Of a DNA stretch of 64,000 bases, positions 1 to 13,002 are shown piece by piece. The translations under genes and the position numbers were made by a program. Origin of the DNA: Ranitomeya imitator (Eukaryota); contig NC_091288.1 in NCBI RefSeq assembly GCF_032444005.1, positions 221,650,001 through 221,714,000 of the forward strand, given 5' to 3'. The notes under the pieces are model-generated. The model saw only the letters and a list, made by a program, of their open reading frames with translations, had not been told where the DNA came from and ran no database searches. Each line of letters opens with the position of its first letter. The first letter of the stretch is position 1.

Positions 1-678
1 CAGTGCCAGGCAGCAGCTGCCAAGGCAAACAGGATCATGGGGTGCATTAAAAGAGGTCTGGATACACATGATGAGAGCATTATACTGCCTCTGTACAAAT
101 CCCTAGTTAGACCGCACATGGAGTACTGTGTCCAGTTTTGGGCACCGGTGCTCAGGAAGGATATAATGGAACTAGAGAGAGTACAAAGGAGGGCAACAAA
201 ATTAATAAAGGGGATGGGAGAACTACAATACCCAGATAGATTAGCGAAATTAGGATTATTTAGTCTAGAAAAAAGACGACTGAGGGGCGATCTAATAACC
301 ATGTATAAGTATATAAGGGGACAATACAAATATCTCGCTGAGGATCTGTTTATACCAAGGAAGGTGACGGGCACAAGGGGGCATTCTCTGCGTCTGGAGG
401 AGAGAAGGTTTTTCCACCAACATAGAAGAGGATTCTTTACTGTTAGGGCAGTGAGAATCTGGAATTGCTTGCCTGAGGAGGTGGTGATGGCGAACTCAGT
501 CGAGGGGTTCAAGAGAGGCCTGGATGTCTTCCTGGAGCAGAACAATATTGTATCATACAATTATTAGGTTCTGTAGAAGGACGTAGATCTGGGGATTTAT
601 TATGATGGAATATAGGCTGAACTGGATGGACAAATGTCTTTTTTCGGCCTTACTAACTATGTTACTATGTTACTATGT
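1..678 (+). mobile_element. CR1 LINE, 3' end (ORF2 C-terminus, 3'UTR, (ATGTTACT)n tail); runs off the window start
   Basis: ORF 37-567 matches the C-terminus of the RT ORF at 25225-26622 (one difference seen, E vs G in YLAxDLF). 8-bp tail repeats end at ~678. Confidence 0.95.
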
Positions 679-1687
679 AAGACCATGGTCTGACGACGAG
701 GGCAGCAGCGAATAGTCCTGGACTCTGCCCTGGCTCTTAGGCTGGCGTGCGGCGCTTAGCTGAACAGGGCTCCCGACTCTTCCCTTATTACTGTGGTGGG
801 CTCCCTCAGTGTCCAGACATCGGATCAGCCGTGTGTTGTTGCGGTCCAGCTGCGCGCCCCTCGGGGCCCGTTGCGCACCCCCTTGCCCCTGTCACCGCCA
901 GTGGGAAACTGCTCGACGCTGCTGCATTCGCTTTTACTTATAACAGCGCCACCAGCTTCCAGGTCAGGGAACCTCTCCGGGCCTTTTTGCCTTTCTCCAG
1001 ACAACATGGGATGCAGCCTCAGCAGTTCCAGACTCGGCCTAGCACAGGTACCCACAGTCCGGTCTTCCTCCTTACATCACTACTGTCCATTTTCACTTTT
1101 CTAAAATTAGGTAATCAGACTGAAGTGAGAAATCATTCACATTAAGACATAACTAAAAAAAAATGTCCTCCCAGAAGCTTGTGGCTTTCAGTCATTCAGT
1201 CAGTGTACAGGCATGATACAGTCCCGGCTGTAAAAGTGCCTGGGCGTGCTTATGGCATAGTGAGTGATGTAGAGACCACTGACTGTAGCCACTCCGTTAC
1301 CACCCCAATGACTGAAATCAGATCAATTTCTCCTGGTAGGTGCACTTCAGTAAGTATTGTAACTCTATTTACCTGCAGATTTACCCTATGTATGCAGGTA
1401 TATGGTGTATTCCGAGGTGAGAGGTTTCCTTTAACTTATACCACTTAACCACATAATGTGGGACGTTCTGAGACGTTGTGCCTGCACCAATTTATATAGT
1501 GAAATTCAAATATGTGCACGGAAGAGCCATGCTGATACATTGAGCATCAAAGCAGATCTCTCTTTATTACTTCATAACATTATCTTAGGTAGGTTATTAG
1601 TATTCATACTTGGTAACAATATAATTGGCTGTGCTTATCTCTAAATATGTGCTGGCATTAGCATACATACATCTCATTGGCTAAAGG

Positions 1688-3750
1688 CAGTAGTGTAGCT
1701 ACCAGGGGGGGCAGAGGGGACCACTGCCCCGAGCCCGGTGCTCAGAGGGGGCCAACCCAGAGCTACGCCGATACATTTACATTCTGCGGCAGAGCAGGGA
1801 CAATCGATCTCCCTTCTCTGCCACTATGGGGCCCCTGAGCTGCGCTATGCTCCTTCTCCCATCATCACCCTGTTAGCGTCTGACATCACTGACACCAACA
1901 CTAACAGCTGGCCCTACCCGGCACCTGCTGTCAGGAGATGAGGGGGAGCTCGGAGCACCGCGGGAACAAGGAGGAAGAGAGGTATTTATTTACTGTTTTT
2001 TTATGGGGCTGCCTTGTACTACAGGGTCTGCCAATGAGGGTGCTGCCTTATAGTACAGGGTCTGCCTATGGGGTGCTGCCTTACACTACAGAGTCTGCTT
2101 ATGGGGTGCTGCCTTATACTACAGAGTCTGCCTATGGGGTGCTGTCTTATGTTACATAGTCTGCCTATGGGGTGCTGCCTTATGCTACAGGGTCTGCCTA
2201 TGGGGTGCTGCCTTTTACTACATAGTCTGTCTAATGGGTGCTGCCTTGTGCTATAGAGTCTGCCTATGGGGTTGCCATATTATATAGAGTCTGCCTATGA
2301 GGGTGCTGCCTTGTGCTATAGAGTATGCCTATGGGGGGTGTTGCCTTATACTATAGGGTCTGCCTATGGGGGTGCGGCCTTGTGCTATAGAGTATGCCTA
2401 TGGGGATGCTGCCTTGTGCTATAGAGTCTGCCTATGGGGGTGTTGCCTTATACTACAAGGTCTGCCTATGGAGTGCTGCCTTATACTACAGGGTCTGCCT
2501 ATGGGGGTGCTGCCTTTTACTGCAGAGTCTGCCTATGGAGTGCTGTCTTATACTACAAGGTCTGCCTATTGGGTGCTGCCTTTTACTACAGAGTTTGCCT
2601 ATGGGGTGCTGCCTTGTGCTATAGAGTCTGCTTATGGGTGCTGCCTTATGCTATAGAGTCTATCTATGGGAATGCTGCCTTGTGCTATAGAGTCTGCCTA
2701 TGGGGATGCTGCCTTATACTACATGGTCTGCCTTTGGGGGCTGCCTTATGCTATAGAGTCTGCATATGGGGAGTGCATTATGCAATATAGAGTCTGGAAA
2801 TGGAGAGTGCATTATACTATATTTAGGACGATCTGGTGCATTATACTATATAGAGGCTATCTAGTGGGCCATCGTACAGTGTGGGGATTACAGTGAAGGG
2901 GCTAGCATACAGTGTGGAGATTACAGTGAGAGGTCCATCATACAGTGTTGGAGCCATCAAACAGTTTGGGGGCTACTAAGAGGTCAGTATACTGTGTGGG
3001 TGGTACTGTACAGTGAGGGGGCATTATACTGTGTATAAGAGAGCATCATGATGTGTATAGGGGAGCTGTATAGGGGGGAGACTCGGGACTTAATTAAATA
3101 TAAAGTGGGCACTTATTGTTATAGGGGAACTCAGTTTATTGTGACTATCAAAGGGGCACACAGGGCAATATTACTTTCTAGGGGGCAAAATATGGGCACA
3201 GCTCTCTAGGGCACTTGCACTCAGCATTATTATATTATAGAGGGGTGCTTTAGAATTTAGGCACGGAGAACCACACCGCAGGTGCAGTAATAGGGACACA
3301 TACGGCAGCAGCAGTGGGGTATCGGCAGGATGAGGATTTTGTGCAGGTTGGGAATACATGGTGATGGGGCTGGAATATGAGAAGTGAAATGAGTCTTTGT
3401 TGTAATCTCTGCAGCTGAGTCCTGGGTGGATGAAGTTGTCATGTCGGTCTGGGCCAGATGGAAAAGAGTGGAAAAGTGAACGACTCAGAAAGAACGTCAG
3501 CGGTAAGTCATTATCTGTACCTGTGCTGTGATCTCTTACATGTTCTGTAGGGCTGGTATCTACCACTGACCATATGGTGGTAATATCCATATTGGTCTTT
3601 ATATAGAGATTATCTTCAGTAACAGCGCCGTCATCTGCTGAGGTTCTCCTCCACTATTAGGGCACGTCACCCAGTTGTAATCAAGGTTACCTGGTTAGGG
3701 GCCACTCAGAAGCTTCGCCCCCCTGAACCAAAACCCTAGCTACGCCTCTG
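1688..3750. mobile_element. Non-autonomous hAT-type DNA transposon carrying a minisatellite
   Basis: Imperfect TIRs CAGTAGTGTAGCTA / rc CAGAGGCGTAGCTA. 8-bp flanks GCTAAAGG (1680-1687) and GCTAAAGC (3751-3758). No transposase ORF. Confidence 0.75.
2003..2800. repeat. 33-bp minisatellite (~24 units) inside the hAT element
   Basis: Unit ~GTCTGCCTATGGGGTGCTGCCTTATACTACAGA, period 33 (2061, 2094, 2127). Explains the repetitive ORFs at 1938-2896. Confidence 0.95.
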
Positions 3751-4474
3751 GCTAAAGCTGATTCGGTCTACACCCAGTTGAAAAGTTAGGTGTGTTTCTT
3801 GTCCTTAGGTTTCATTTTCTCTCACTTTCATATGTTTTGTCTAAGTCCATTACACAAAGACATTCCTGAGGGACTTCTGTTATCTCACACACACACTGGC
3901 TCAAACTCCATCTTGGAAAGCCAGAGACAACAAATGTAGAACTAGATGGTGGCCCGATTCTAACGCATCGGGTATTCTGGAATATGTATGTATGTATGTA
4001 TGTCGCGCTGTGAGTGGGGGTTAAATTCCGCGCCAGTATCGCTGATTGGTCGCGCCCGGTTGGCCGATCAGCGAAGCGTGGTTCAAATCTGGTGCCAATT
4101 CGTGGCTGGACTGCGCCTGTCACTGATTGGTCACGGATGGCCGGGCACAACCAATGACCGAAGCGTTGTTTAAATACCTCGCCAATATCGCTGATTGGTC
4201 GTGGCCGGCCGTGAGCTACCAATCACTGAAGCGATGTTTAAATCCCGTGCCAATATCGCTGATTGGTCGCAGCCGGCCAGGCACGACCAATGACCGAAGC
4301 GATGTTTAAATCCCGTGCCAATATCGCTGATTGGTCGCAGCCGGCCGGGCGCGACCAATCAGCAAAGCGTGGTTTAAATCCCACGTCAATTTATGGCTGG
4401 ACTGCGTCTGTCGCTGATTGGTCACAGGATGTCGAGGGTTCGGGGCGCTGGATGTCGGGGGTTCGAGGTGCAGG

Positions 4475-5300
4475 ATATAGTACAGCCATATAGTATATAG
4501 CACATCCACATAGTATATAGCACAGCCACGTAGTATATAGCACAGCCACGTAGAATATAGCACAGCGAAGTAGTATATAGCAGCCACGTAGTATATAGCA
4601 CAGTCCGTAGTATATAGCACAGCCACATAGTATATAGCACAGCCACGTAGTATATAGCAGCCACATAGTATATAGCAGCCACATAGTATATAGCACAGCC
4701 ACGTAGTATATAGCACAGCCACATAGTATATAGCAGTCACACAGTATATAGCAGCGATGTAGTATAAAGCACAGCCACCTACTATATAACACAGCCCACG
4801 TACTATATAACACAGACAGCCACGTAGTATATAGAAGAGCGATGTAGTATGTAGTATATAGCAGCCATATAGTATATAGCACAGCCACGTAGTATATAGC
4901 ACAGCCATGTAGTATATAGCACAGCCATGTAGTATATAGCACAGCCACGTAGTATATAGCACAGTCATGTAGTATATAGCAGCCACATAGTGTATAGCAG
5001 CCACATAGTATATAGCACAACCACATAGTATATAGCACAGCCACATAGTATATAGCACAGCCATGTAGTATATTGCACAGCCACGTAGTATATAACACAG
5101 TCATGTAGTATATAGCAGCCACATAGTATATAACAGCCACATAGTATATAGCAGCCATAGTACATAGCACAGCCACGTGGTATATAGCAGCCACGTAGTA
5201 TATAACAGCCCACTTAGTATATAACACAGCCCACACAGTATATAACACTGCCCACGTAGCATATATCAGTCACGCAGTATATAACATAGCTCACGTAGTA
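4475..5300. repeat. ~18-20-bp minisatellite inside the Helitron
   Basis: Unit CACAGCCACGTAGTATATAG with shorter variants. Source of the Y/A/V-rich ORFs at 4306-5248. Confidence 0.95.
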
Positions 5301-5383
5301 TACAGTAGTGTGGGCACCCTATCTCTGTTAACAAAAAGAATTAAAATAAAAAATAGTTATATATTCACCCTCTGGCATCCATC

Positions 5384-5541
5384 GATGTGCGTGAGTGGCG
5401 AGGGTGCCGCCAGCTTCCGTTCCCAGTGATGCATTGCGAAATTACCCAGATGACTTAGCGAGACGGCTAAGTCATCTGGGTAATTTCGCAATGCATCTCT
5501 GGGAACGGAAGCTGGCTGCAGCCTCGCCACTCACGCACATC
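5384..5541. repeat. ~160-bp near-perfect palindrome inside the Helitron
   Basis: GATGTGCGTGAGTGGCGAGG...GATGACTTAG arm is mirrored by CTAAGTCATC...CCTCGCCACTCACGCACATC around a short loop at ~5459-5466. Confidence 0.9.
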
Positions 5542-6593
5542 AGTGGACGGTGGAAGGTGAGAATAGCACCATAAGCATAGGCAGCATCAATAGTAAAAAG
5601 TTAGTCACATAGGGTTAATAGCAGCGTTAACGGACTGCGTTACACCGGTGTAATGCAGTCGGTTTAACGGACTGCTAAAATGCTATGTGGGTGGCAGGTG
5701 CTGATGGGGGGGAGTATGAAGGGGGCACTGACTGCAGGGGAGTAGGGAGCAGCCATTTCGTGGCCGGACTGTGACTGTCCGGACTGTGGCTGGCCGCGAC
5801 GAATCAGCGATTTGGGATTTCTGTGACAGACAGACAAACAGACAGATAGACAGACAGCCGGAAGTGCCCCTTAGACGATTATATATATTGATATGCACAA
5901 TAGAGTCAGGATAGATAAATATACATCCTGCTCTCACACCACTGACTAGTCAATGTTTTTGTTCTTTAAGGCCAAGTTCACACTACATTTTTTGAGGACT
6001 TTTTTTTAAAGCTGATCTTTCCAAAATTCCTGTTAGAAATATTTTGAAAAACTCTTCCAATGAATTTCTATAGTAGATATATCTACTTTTTCGTTCCCAG
6101 CTGTACCTTTTTAAATATTTTTTTCAGGAGATGTTTAAACAATCAGCTGATGAGGGTAATATGGCATATCAATTTAAAAAGCTGCAAAGAAAACCTTTAG
6201 AAAATAACATTTTTCCAAAACGTTTCAACATTTTTCAAAACTGAGGTTCCTGAAGCAGATTACACTTGAACCACTTGCTATTTTTGATCGACCAGTAGTT
6301 GAATGTGAACATTTCCTATTAGAAGCTCTTGTTGACATGAACATTTTCCGACCTTGTCCTGCTCACACAGGGTTTATTACAGTGTAGACAATCCTCTGTT
6401 AGATGCCGGCAGATCCATAGGCACAGACCTTTCTCCAGGCCAGGACTCCACGCTCTGGTGAGCCGGTCACAGGACAGAGATTTGCTTATAGCATGATCTT
6501 GGCGCGAGACTTCCCCGGATATCGGATAGGGCTAAAATTTGCTTATTTCAGGTTTTTGTATAACTATAGCTGTAAGAAAACCAGACCCAGCAG

Positions 6594-7513
6594 ATGGGAG
6601 CTGACTCTACCACTGTCCAGAACATCGCAGAGATGTTCCAGTCTGTAGATTTGTGGAAATTTATCTTGATGGTCATCACATTTACTCTGGGAACCGCTCT
6701 AAAATCCATGATCATCTCTGCCTACTATGGAGACTGGAAGAGGAGGCAACATTACAGCTTGTGTGATCAGATACTTCTCTCCATTGCTCTGACCAACCTG
6801 ACCATGCAGATGTTCTTCCCCCTCATACTCATTATATTGTTCTACTTCGTTGACGTTCCAGCCATCCAGCTGTACCTCCTGCATATCTGTATCTTCTCCC
6901 AGTCCCTGATTTATCTCCATTTCTGGAACACTGCTTGGCTTTCCAGCTATTACTGCTTTAAGCTGGTGAGATGCTCTCATCGTCACTTCACCTGGTTGAA
7001 GAGCCGCTTCTCCTCTTCCATTGCGCAGATAATCGGAATATCGTTACTTGTGATATTTCTCATTAATCTGCCTATTAACTGGATGGCAGAAAACACTACG
7101 GCTCATAATGAGACCAGATACCATTTTGATGTAAGGTCTCCTTACGTGGCTTTCAATCTGCTTGTCGGTTGCGGGGTTCCTTTGCTTGTGACTGTCACCT
7201 GTATTGGTCTCAGTGTGACAACTCTCTTGAGACATGTGTGGAGGATCAAGAGGAACAGATCAGAGATCAACTCCCGTCCTCAGGTCAAGGGACATGTACG
7301 GGCAGTCAGGGTCATGGTCCTGCAGACCCTCCTCAATGTCACTCTCCACTTGCAGACAGTGGCTTTTTTGTGTTTTCGAGAAGCCTTGGCTCCATATTGG
7401 ATGGAATCTTCCTTTTCTTGTTCCTGATTAACCCCACGGCTGATGCTTTAATGCTAATTACTGGAAATCCTAAATTAAAAAGCAGAGTATTGATAAAAGT
7501 CAATATTTTCTGA
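6594..7513 (+). pseudogene. TAS2R: TAS2R-like bitter taste receptor with a single frameshift (may be intact)
   Basis: Intronless 7-TM pattern with DQILLSIAL, FWNTAWLSSYYCFK, LLRHVWRIK and HVRAVRVM motifs. TM7 (PTADALMLITGNPKL) is in another frame. One extra T in the T6 run at 7364-7369 gives a 306-aa ORF. Confidence 0.88.
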
Positions 7514-8128
7514 CAAAGATATAATGTTCCATTTATCCTAAATCTGCTATTATCTATTGATCACAGCTATCATCTCATATCTATCTATTATCTGTTTCTG
7601 TTATTTTATGGGTCTGGTTGTATTACTATGCTTGATTTTGTCTTCAGTATCTTCATGTCATTATGCTGTTGACCTTTTTCCTTTCAGGCAGATTTTTTGA
7701 TTGGATGAATAAATTTTGTTCATGAATTATTTTTTTTTTATTACTCTTGATTCTTTTTTTTAGTTTTTGATTCTTATTGTTGGAGTATGCAACAGCCACC
7801 CGGGATTCTGTGGAGTGGACAGATTGTAGCTGTGCATAGTAGCTCCTCTCTAGTCTGTACAGTATGACGTTGGTTCAGTTTGTGTCTCCTGTAATCCTCC
7901 TTCTTGTTCTGATAATGTTGATGGTGGCTGCCTGTAAGTAACAAGTCCTTCTCCCACAATGTAGGAGGGATGAACATGTTTACTGAAAGCTGAAATCTAC
8001 AACTGTCCCAAACCATCATCGGCAGCAACTTAGTACGGCACTTTTTTCTGGTTTACTCTTAGTTTTTGGTCATCTGATTACTTGTTTTCTTTGGCTTCTC
8101 CTTCTCCTCCTATATTGGATGTATGATG

Positions 8129-9175
8129 TGTGAAGTAGCATTACCTGAGTGGGCTGGGGAACGCTCGCTTGGCACAGTTTCTCACAAATACAGTCTATTT
8201 GGTTTATTTAGGCATCATAAACCACACCGTATGCCATATTGCTCATCACAGGCCTACACATAGACCATAGCACTTTAACTCGCCGAACAGTTCATAAACG
8301 TCAACGGAACACAACATGCATCAACAATCTGTTCCAAAGACAGATACTTCTCTGCCCGTAACCCCCTTTATCTGGAATTACCTAACAGGACCTCCTACTC
8401 CACACACTGACTCCTGTCAGTCCTGGTTCACAGGAAAGCTGCCGAACTGGGATCACAGTCATTGTGACCAGGGCACTTCAGATAGTCCAGACCCGCAGAC
8501 GGAATTGTAGCTTCCCCAACACAGTAGCCATCACAGGCTCTGCAGATACGGCCTCTCTGGACGCTATTCAGGACGTCCAGTCCCAGGCACTTCTAACACA
8601 CAGGCCATCAGTCCATGGCCTCATCATGTGCTTCCTGGAATCCAGTCCACTCCAGGACATTCCAACACACTGACCATTCATTCCATGGTCTCACCATGTG
8701 CTTCCAGGAATCCAGTCCACTCCAGGACATTCCAACACACAGTCCCTCAGTCCATGGCCTCACCATGTGCTTCCAGGAATCCAGTCCACTCCTGGACATT
8801 CCAACACAGAACATCCAGGAATTTACACACTGACCATTCCGGTCCATACACTCTGAACATGTGACCCAAACCCTGGTCACATTATGTACCTGTAACCACC
8901 CCATAGGTGGAAGGTGTGTGTGGTTAGCCATTCCCGCCAAGCTCTTTGACTAACCCTGCAAGCCTCCCTATTAACTATACAAATACTTGTGGGACTACAG
9001 GTCCCAGAACAACAATACTACAGGCTTAGAGCGCAGACTCCCTCTGCCACACAAACCGGCCATTTACAATCATGCCGGACACTGTTTCATTATCACCATT
9101 ACAGATACGCCTCCATGCGTATCCTGAGGAGCAAATACAGTGCCCCCTGGCTGTAACATGGGTCACTGCATCACA
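8129..9175. mobile_element. Solo LTR (Gypsy-like) with an internal ~70-bp tandem repeat
   Basis: TGTGA...TCACA termini. 4-bp TSD GATG at 8125-8128 and 9176-9179. ~70-bp repeat at ~8570-8830. Confidence 0.75.
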
Positions 9176-9897
9176 GATGCTTCCGATCCGTCTTATTACT
9201 TGTTTTCTTTGGCTTCTCCTTCGGTGGACATCTGTGGTCTTTCTTCATTGTATATTCGATGTGTGATGCTTCCGATCCGTCTTATTACCTGTTTTCTTTG
9301 GCTTTTTTTTCGATTGACATCTGTGGTCTTTCTTCATTGTATATTGGATGTATGATGTTTCTGATCCGTCTTACTGCCTGTTTTCTTTGGCTTCTCTTTC
9401 GGTGGACATCTGTGGTCTTTCTTCATTGTATATTGGATGTGTGATGTTTCTGATCCGTCTTATTGCCTGTTTTCTTTGGCTTCTCCTTCGGGGACATCTG
9501 TGGTCTTTCTTCATTGTATATTGGATGTGTGATGTTTCTGATCCGTCTTATTGCCTGTTTTCTTTGGCTTCTCCTTCGGGGACATCTGTGGTCTTTCTTC
9601 ATTGTATATTGGATGTGTGATGTTTCTGATTCGTCTTATTGCCTGTTTTCTTTGGCTTCTCCTTCGGTGGACATCTGTGGTCTTTCTTCATCGTATATTG
9701 GGTGTATGATGTTTCTGATCCGTCTTATTACTTGTTTTCTTTGGCTTCTCCTTCGTGGACATCTGTGGTCTTTCTTCATTGTATATTCGATGTATGATGT
9801 TTCTGATGCATCTTATTGCTTGTTTTCTTTGGCTTCTCCTTCGGTGGACATCTGTGGTCTTTCTTCATTGTATATTCGATGTATGATGCTTCCGATA
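9176..9897. repeat. 89-bp minisatellite, ~8 units
   Basis: Unit GATGCTTCCGATCCGTCTTATTACTTG...TTCGATGTGT, period 89 (9176, 9265). A partial unit lies left of the LTR at ~8075-8128. Confidence 0.95.
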
Positions 9898-11039
9898 TTT
9901 CTTGAGATCCAGAGAAGTTCCGTGTGATTATGCTACTTAGTCAACCGCAGATATCTCACTATGCATTTCCGAATCCTGTAAAGTTCCTCGTATTTTACAC
10001 TCAGGTGGTTGGGACTGAGAATCAGCAATACTTTATTAGGCGTTGAACTCATTAAAGGGGTATTCCACTACAATCATTCATCATCTATCCGTCACTTGGC
10101 TTGTCAAAGTTATACATCTGATTTGATGCAAATAACGTTTGTGCTAAATTTTGGGGAACTTAAACAATTTGAATTTGAATATATGCTAATTACTAAAATG
10201 TCAGGGGGAACATTTGAAATCTATGTGGACTTCCTTATAATGCCTTGAAACTATAATTAATATGGTAGAATGCAACCAATCAGCATGGACTTTTATAACC
10301 TGTATGAAATAAGAGGCAGGAAATACAGTGCACATTGTATGGTGAATCTGGATAGTGAGATGACGTCACTTCTCTCAGATATGCAATAATGATAAGAACA
10401 GAAAGCCATAAAACACTGATAAAACTGTATGTACAGAGTGTGACAGTGCAGCACTGAAGAACAGTTATCATCTGTTCACCCAAACCCATATATTTAGAGG
10501 TCACTTTAACATTAATAAGATGAGTTTTTCATCAACAAGCTTGACATGGGATAGATACAGTCCTAGGAGACCCCCGAGTGTTACACATGCAGATTTCTTG
10601 GAGCACTTGTGATTTGCAGTTATGAGATTTGAGAATTGATTCACCACACATTTTTGGGAAATTTTTCCCAGAGCTCTCTATCACAAATTTCCCTCCTCTA
10701 TAAAACCCCATTATAGGCTGATTGGTCCGGTCAGGCACTGCTTTGTCTTTAGTGCAGCGCATTCAAAAATGAAAATGTAATATAAAGTCTAAAGCAACAG
10801 CCTAATACTCAACATGTGTCCGTGATCTTAGGCTATGTTCACACAAACTTTTTTGCAGAGTTTAAAAACTATGAGTATTTACGTGAAAACCACTTTTAAA
10901 AATTCTCCCTCTTTCGGTATATTCACTCGGCATCCTTTTCAGATGGATTCAACCTGGAACCTGCCGCTAAACCGCCACAGAAAATGACTATAGCGCACAG
11001 CAATGTCAAAACCAACGTGCCATGTTGTCTTTAATTACT

Positions 11040-12981
11040 TCTCTTAGAAGCCCCCTGGACCAAGTAGCACCCCTCACCCTCAGAACCTCCAAGCACAGAG
11101 AAAAACAGCCCTGCATCTCCCCTGGCTCACTCTCCACATTCGATCCTATCACAGAAGAAGTCTCCAGGTTCCTCTCCTCTTCTCGTCAGACTACATGCAC
11201 CACCGACCCCATTCCCTCACATCTCCTCCAGTCTCTCTCTCCAGTCGTCACAACTCACCTAACTACAATCTTTAATCTTTCCCTCTCTTGCATTTTCCCC
11301 TCCTCCTTCAAACACTATCATTACTCCATTACTAAAAAAAAACCACCCTTGACCCATCCTGCACAAACAACTACAGACCGGTCTCCAATCTCCCCTTCAT
11401 CTCTAAACTCTTGAAGCGCCTGGTCTACTCCCGCCTTACCCGTTACCTCTCCACTCACTCCCTCCTAGACCCTTCACAGTCCGGCTTCCGCCCCCTACAT
11501 TCGACAGAAACTGCACTCATGAAGGTGACCAATAACCTTCTGACAGCAAAACGTAACGGTGACCACTCTCTGCTCATTCTTCTTGACCTTTCTGCAGCTT
11601 TCAACACTGTTGACCACCCTCCCCTGCTCTCTAGGCTCCAGTCACTAGGCATTAAGGACACTGCTCTCTCCTGGTTCTCTTCCTATCTTTTTGACCGCTC
11701 CTTCAGTGTTCTGTTCTCTGGCTCCACTCCAACTCCTCTTCCTCTCACTGTCGGGTACCTCAGGGCTCAGTCCTTGGCCCCCTTCTGTTCTCTCTCTACA
11801 CGGCCCCAATTGGACAGATCATCAGCAGATTTGGCTTTCAGTACCATCTTTATGCCGATGACACACAACTATACATGTCATCCCCTGACCTTACTACAGA
11901 ACGCCACTGACTGTCTGTCCGCAGTCTCCAACATGTCCGTTCTCTATCTGAAACTCAACCTCTCCAAAACTGAACTTCTTCTGCTCCCACCATCTACTAA
12001 CCTCCCTAAACCTGACGTTTCCCTCTCCGTGGGTGGCACCATAATAACACCCCCACAGCAGGCGCGCTGTCTAGTGTTATGTTTGACTCCGATCTCTCCT
12101 TCACCCCCCATATACAATCTCTTGCCCGCTCGTGCTGCTTTCACCTAAAGAACATCTCTAGAATCCGCCCTTTTCTCACCATGGAGACAGCTAAAACCCC
12201 TCACTGTCGCCCTGATCCACTCCCGCCTGGACTACTGTAACGCTCTATTAATTGGCCTCCCCCTCACGCGACTTTCCCCTCTCCAGTCCATCCTTAATGC
12301 AGCAGCCAGGGTCGTCCATCTGGCTAATCGTTACTCGGACGCGTCCGCTCTTCGCCAGTCGTTACACTGGCTACCCATTCATTACAGGATACAATTCAAA
12401 GTACTTGTTCTCCCCCACAAAGCTCTCCACAGTGCGGCCCCCCATACATCTCCTCCCTCATTTCTGTCTATTGGCCTAACAGACCACTGCACTCTGCAAA
12501 TAGCTTTCGACTAACCTCTGCACTAATCCGTACCTCCCACTCCCGACTCCAAGACTTCTCCCGTGCTGCGCCAATCCTCTGGAATGCTCTACCCCAAGAT
12601 ATTAAGACCATCCACAATTTGCATAGTTTTAGGCGCTCGCTCAAAACACATTTGTTCAGAGCGGCCTATCACGTTACCTAATCAAAGTCATTTTATGTTA
12701 TGTTTGTGTGTAGCCCATTCACTATCTCCATCTATCCCCCACCCCCTGAAGATGGCCGGACCCTCATTGTAAATACATCATTGTAAATACACACCTGTAC
12801 TTTGTATCTCCCCCACCTCATTGTAGATTGTAAGCTCTCACCAGCAGGGGCGGCTTATTGTGCTTTAATTATTGTATTGTTAACGTTGTTACTTATGACT
12901 TTTGTGTTTGAAACTGTTAAGCTGTAAAGCGCTGCAGAATATGTTGGCGCAATATAAATAAAGATTATTATTGTTATTATT
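11040..12981 (+). mobile_element. L2-clade LINE, 5'-truncated and frameshifted
   Basis: RT motifs [26 protein letters not shown] and YADDTQL, split across ORFs. (TTA)n tail at ~12963-12981. Left boundary approximate. Confidence 0.92.
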
Positions 12982-13002
12982 CTCTGAATTGCTCCAGAGT
13001 TA

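Larger units (their letters stand above)
3942..5891 (-). mobile_element. Non-autonomous Helitron
   Basis: Minus strand: 5' TC at 5891, 3' hairpin CCCGATGCGTTAGAATCGGG then CCACCATCTAG ending at 3942. Sits between A and T with no TSD. Same 3' terminus as 46724-48513. Confidence 0.8.

Noticed and set aside
680-1090. GC-rich segment with a possible degenerate gag zinc knuckle on the minus strand
   Set aside because: Only a faint RCYK*KRM motif among stops, with no termini; cannot be supported.
1938-2896. Cys/Tyr-rich ORFs
   Set aside because: Translations of the 33-bp minisatellite, open in several frames.
4306-5248. 252-285 aa Tyr/Ala/Val-rich ORFs
   Set aside because: Artefacts of the 18-20-bp minisatellite.
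9072-9927. Regularly repeated 89-bp units as a possible CRISPR array
   Set aside because: Head-to-tail tandem units with no unique spacers, no cas genes, and a eukaryotic context. The same applies to the 62-, 48- and 44-bp arrays.
10126-10133. Other octamer matches (10126, 22602, ~28092, ~31517, ~36356, ~43450, ~47951, ~63942)
   Set aside because: Not adjacent to a recognisable receptor start and several lie in TEs; treated as background.
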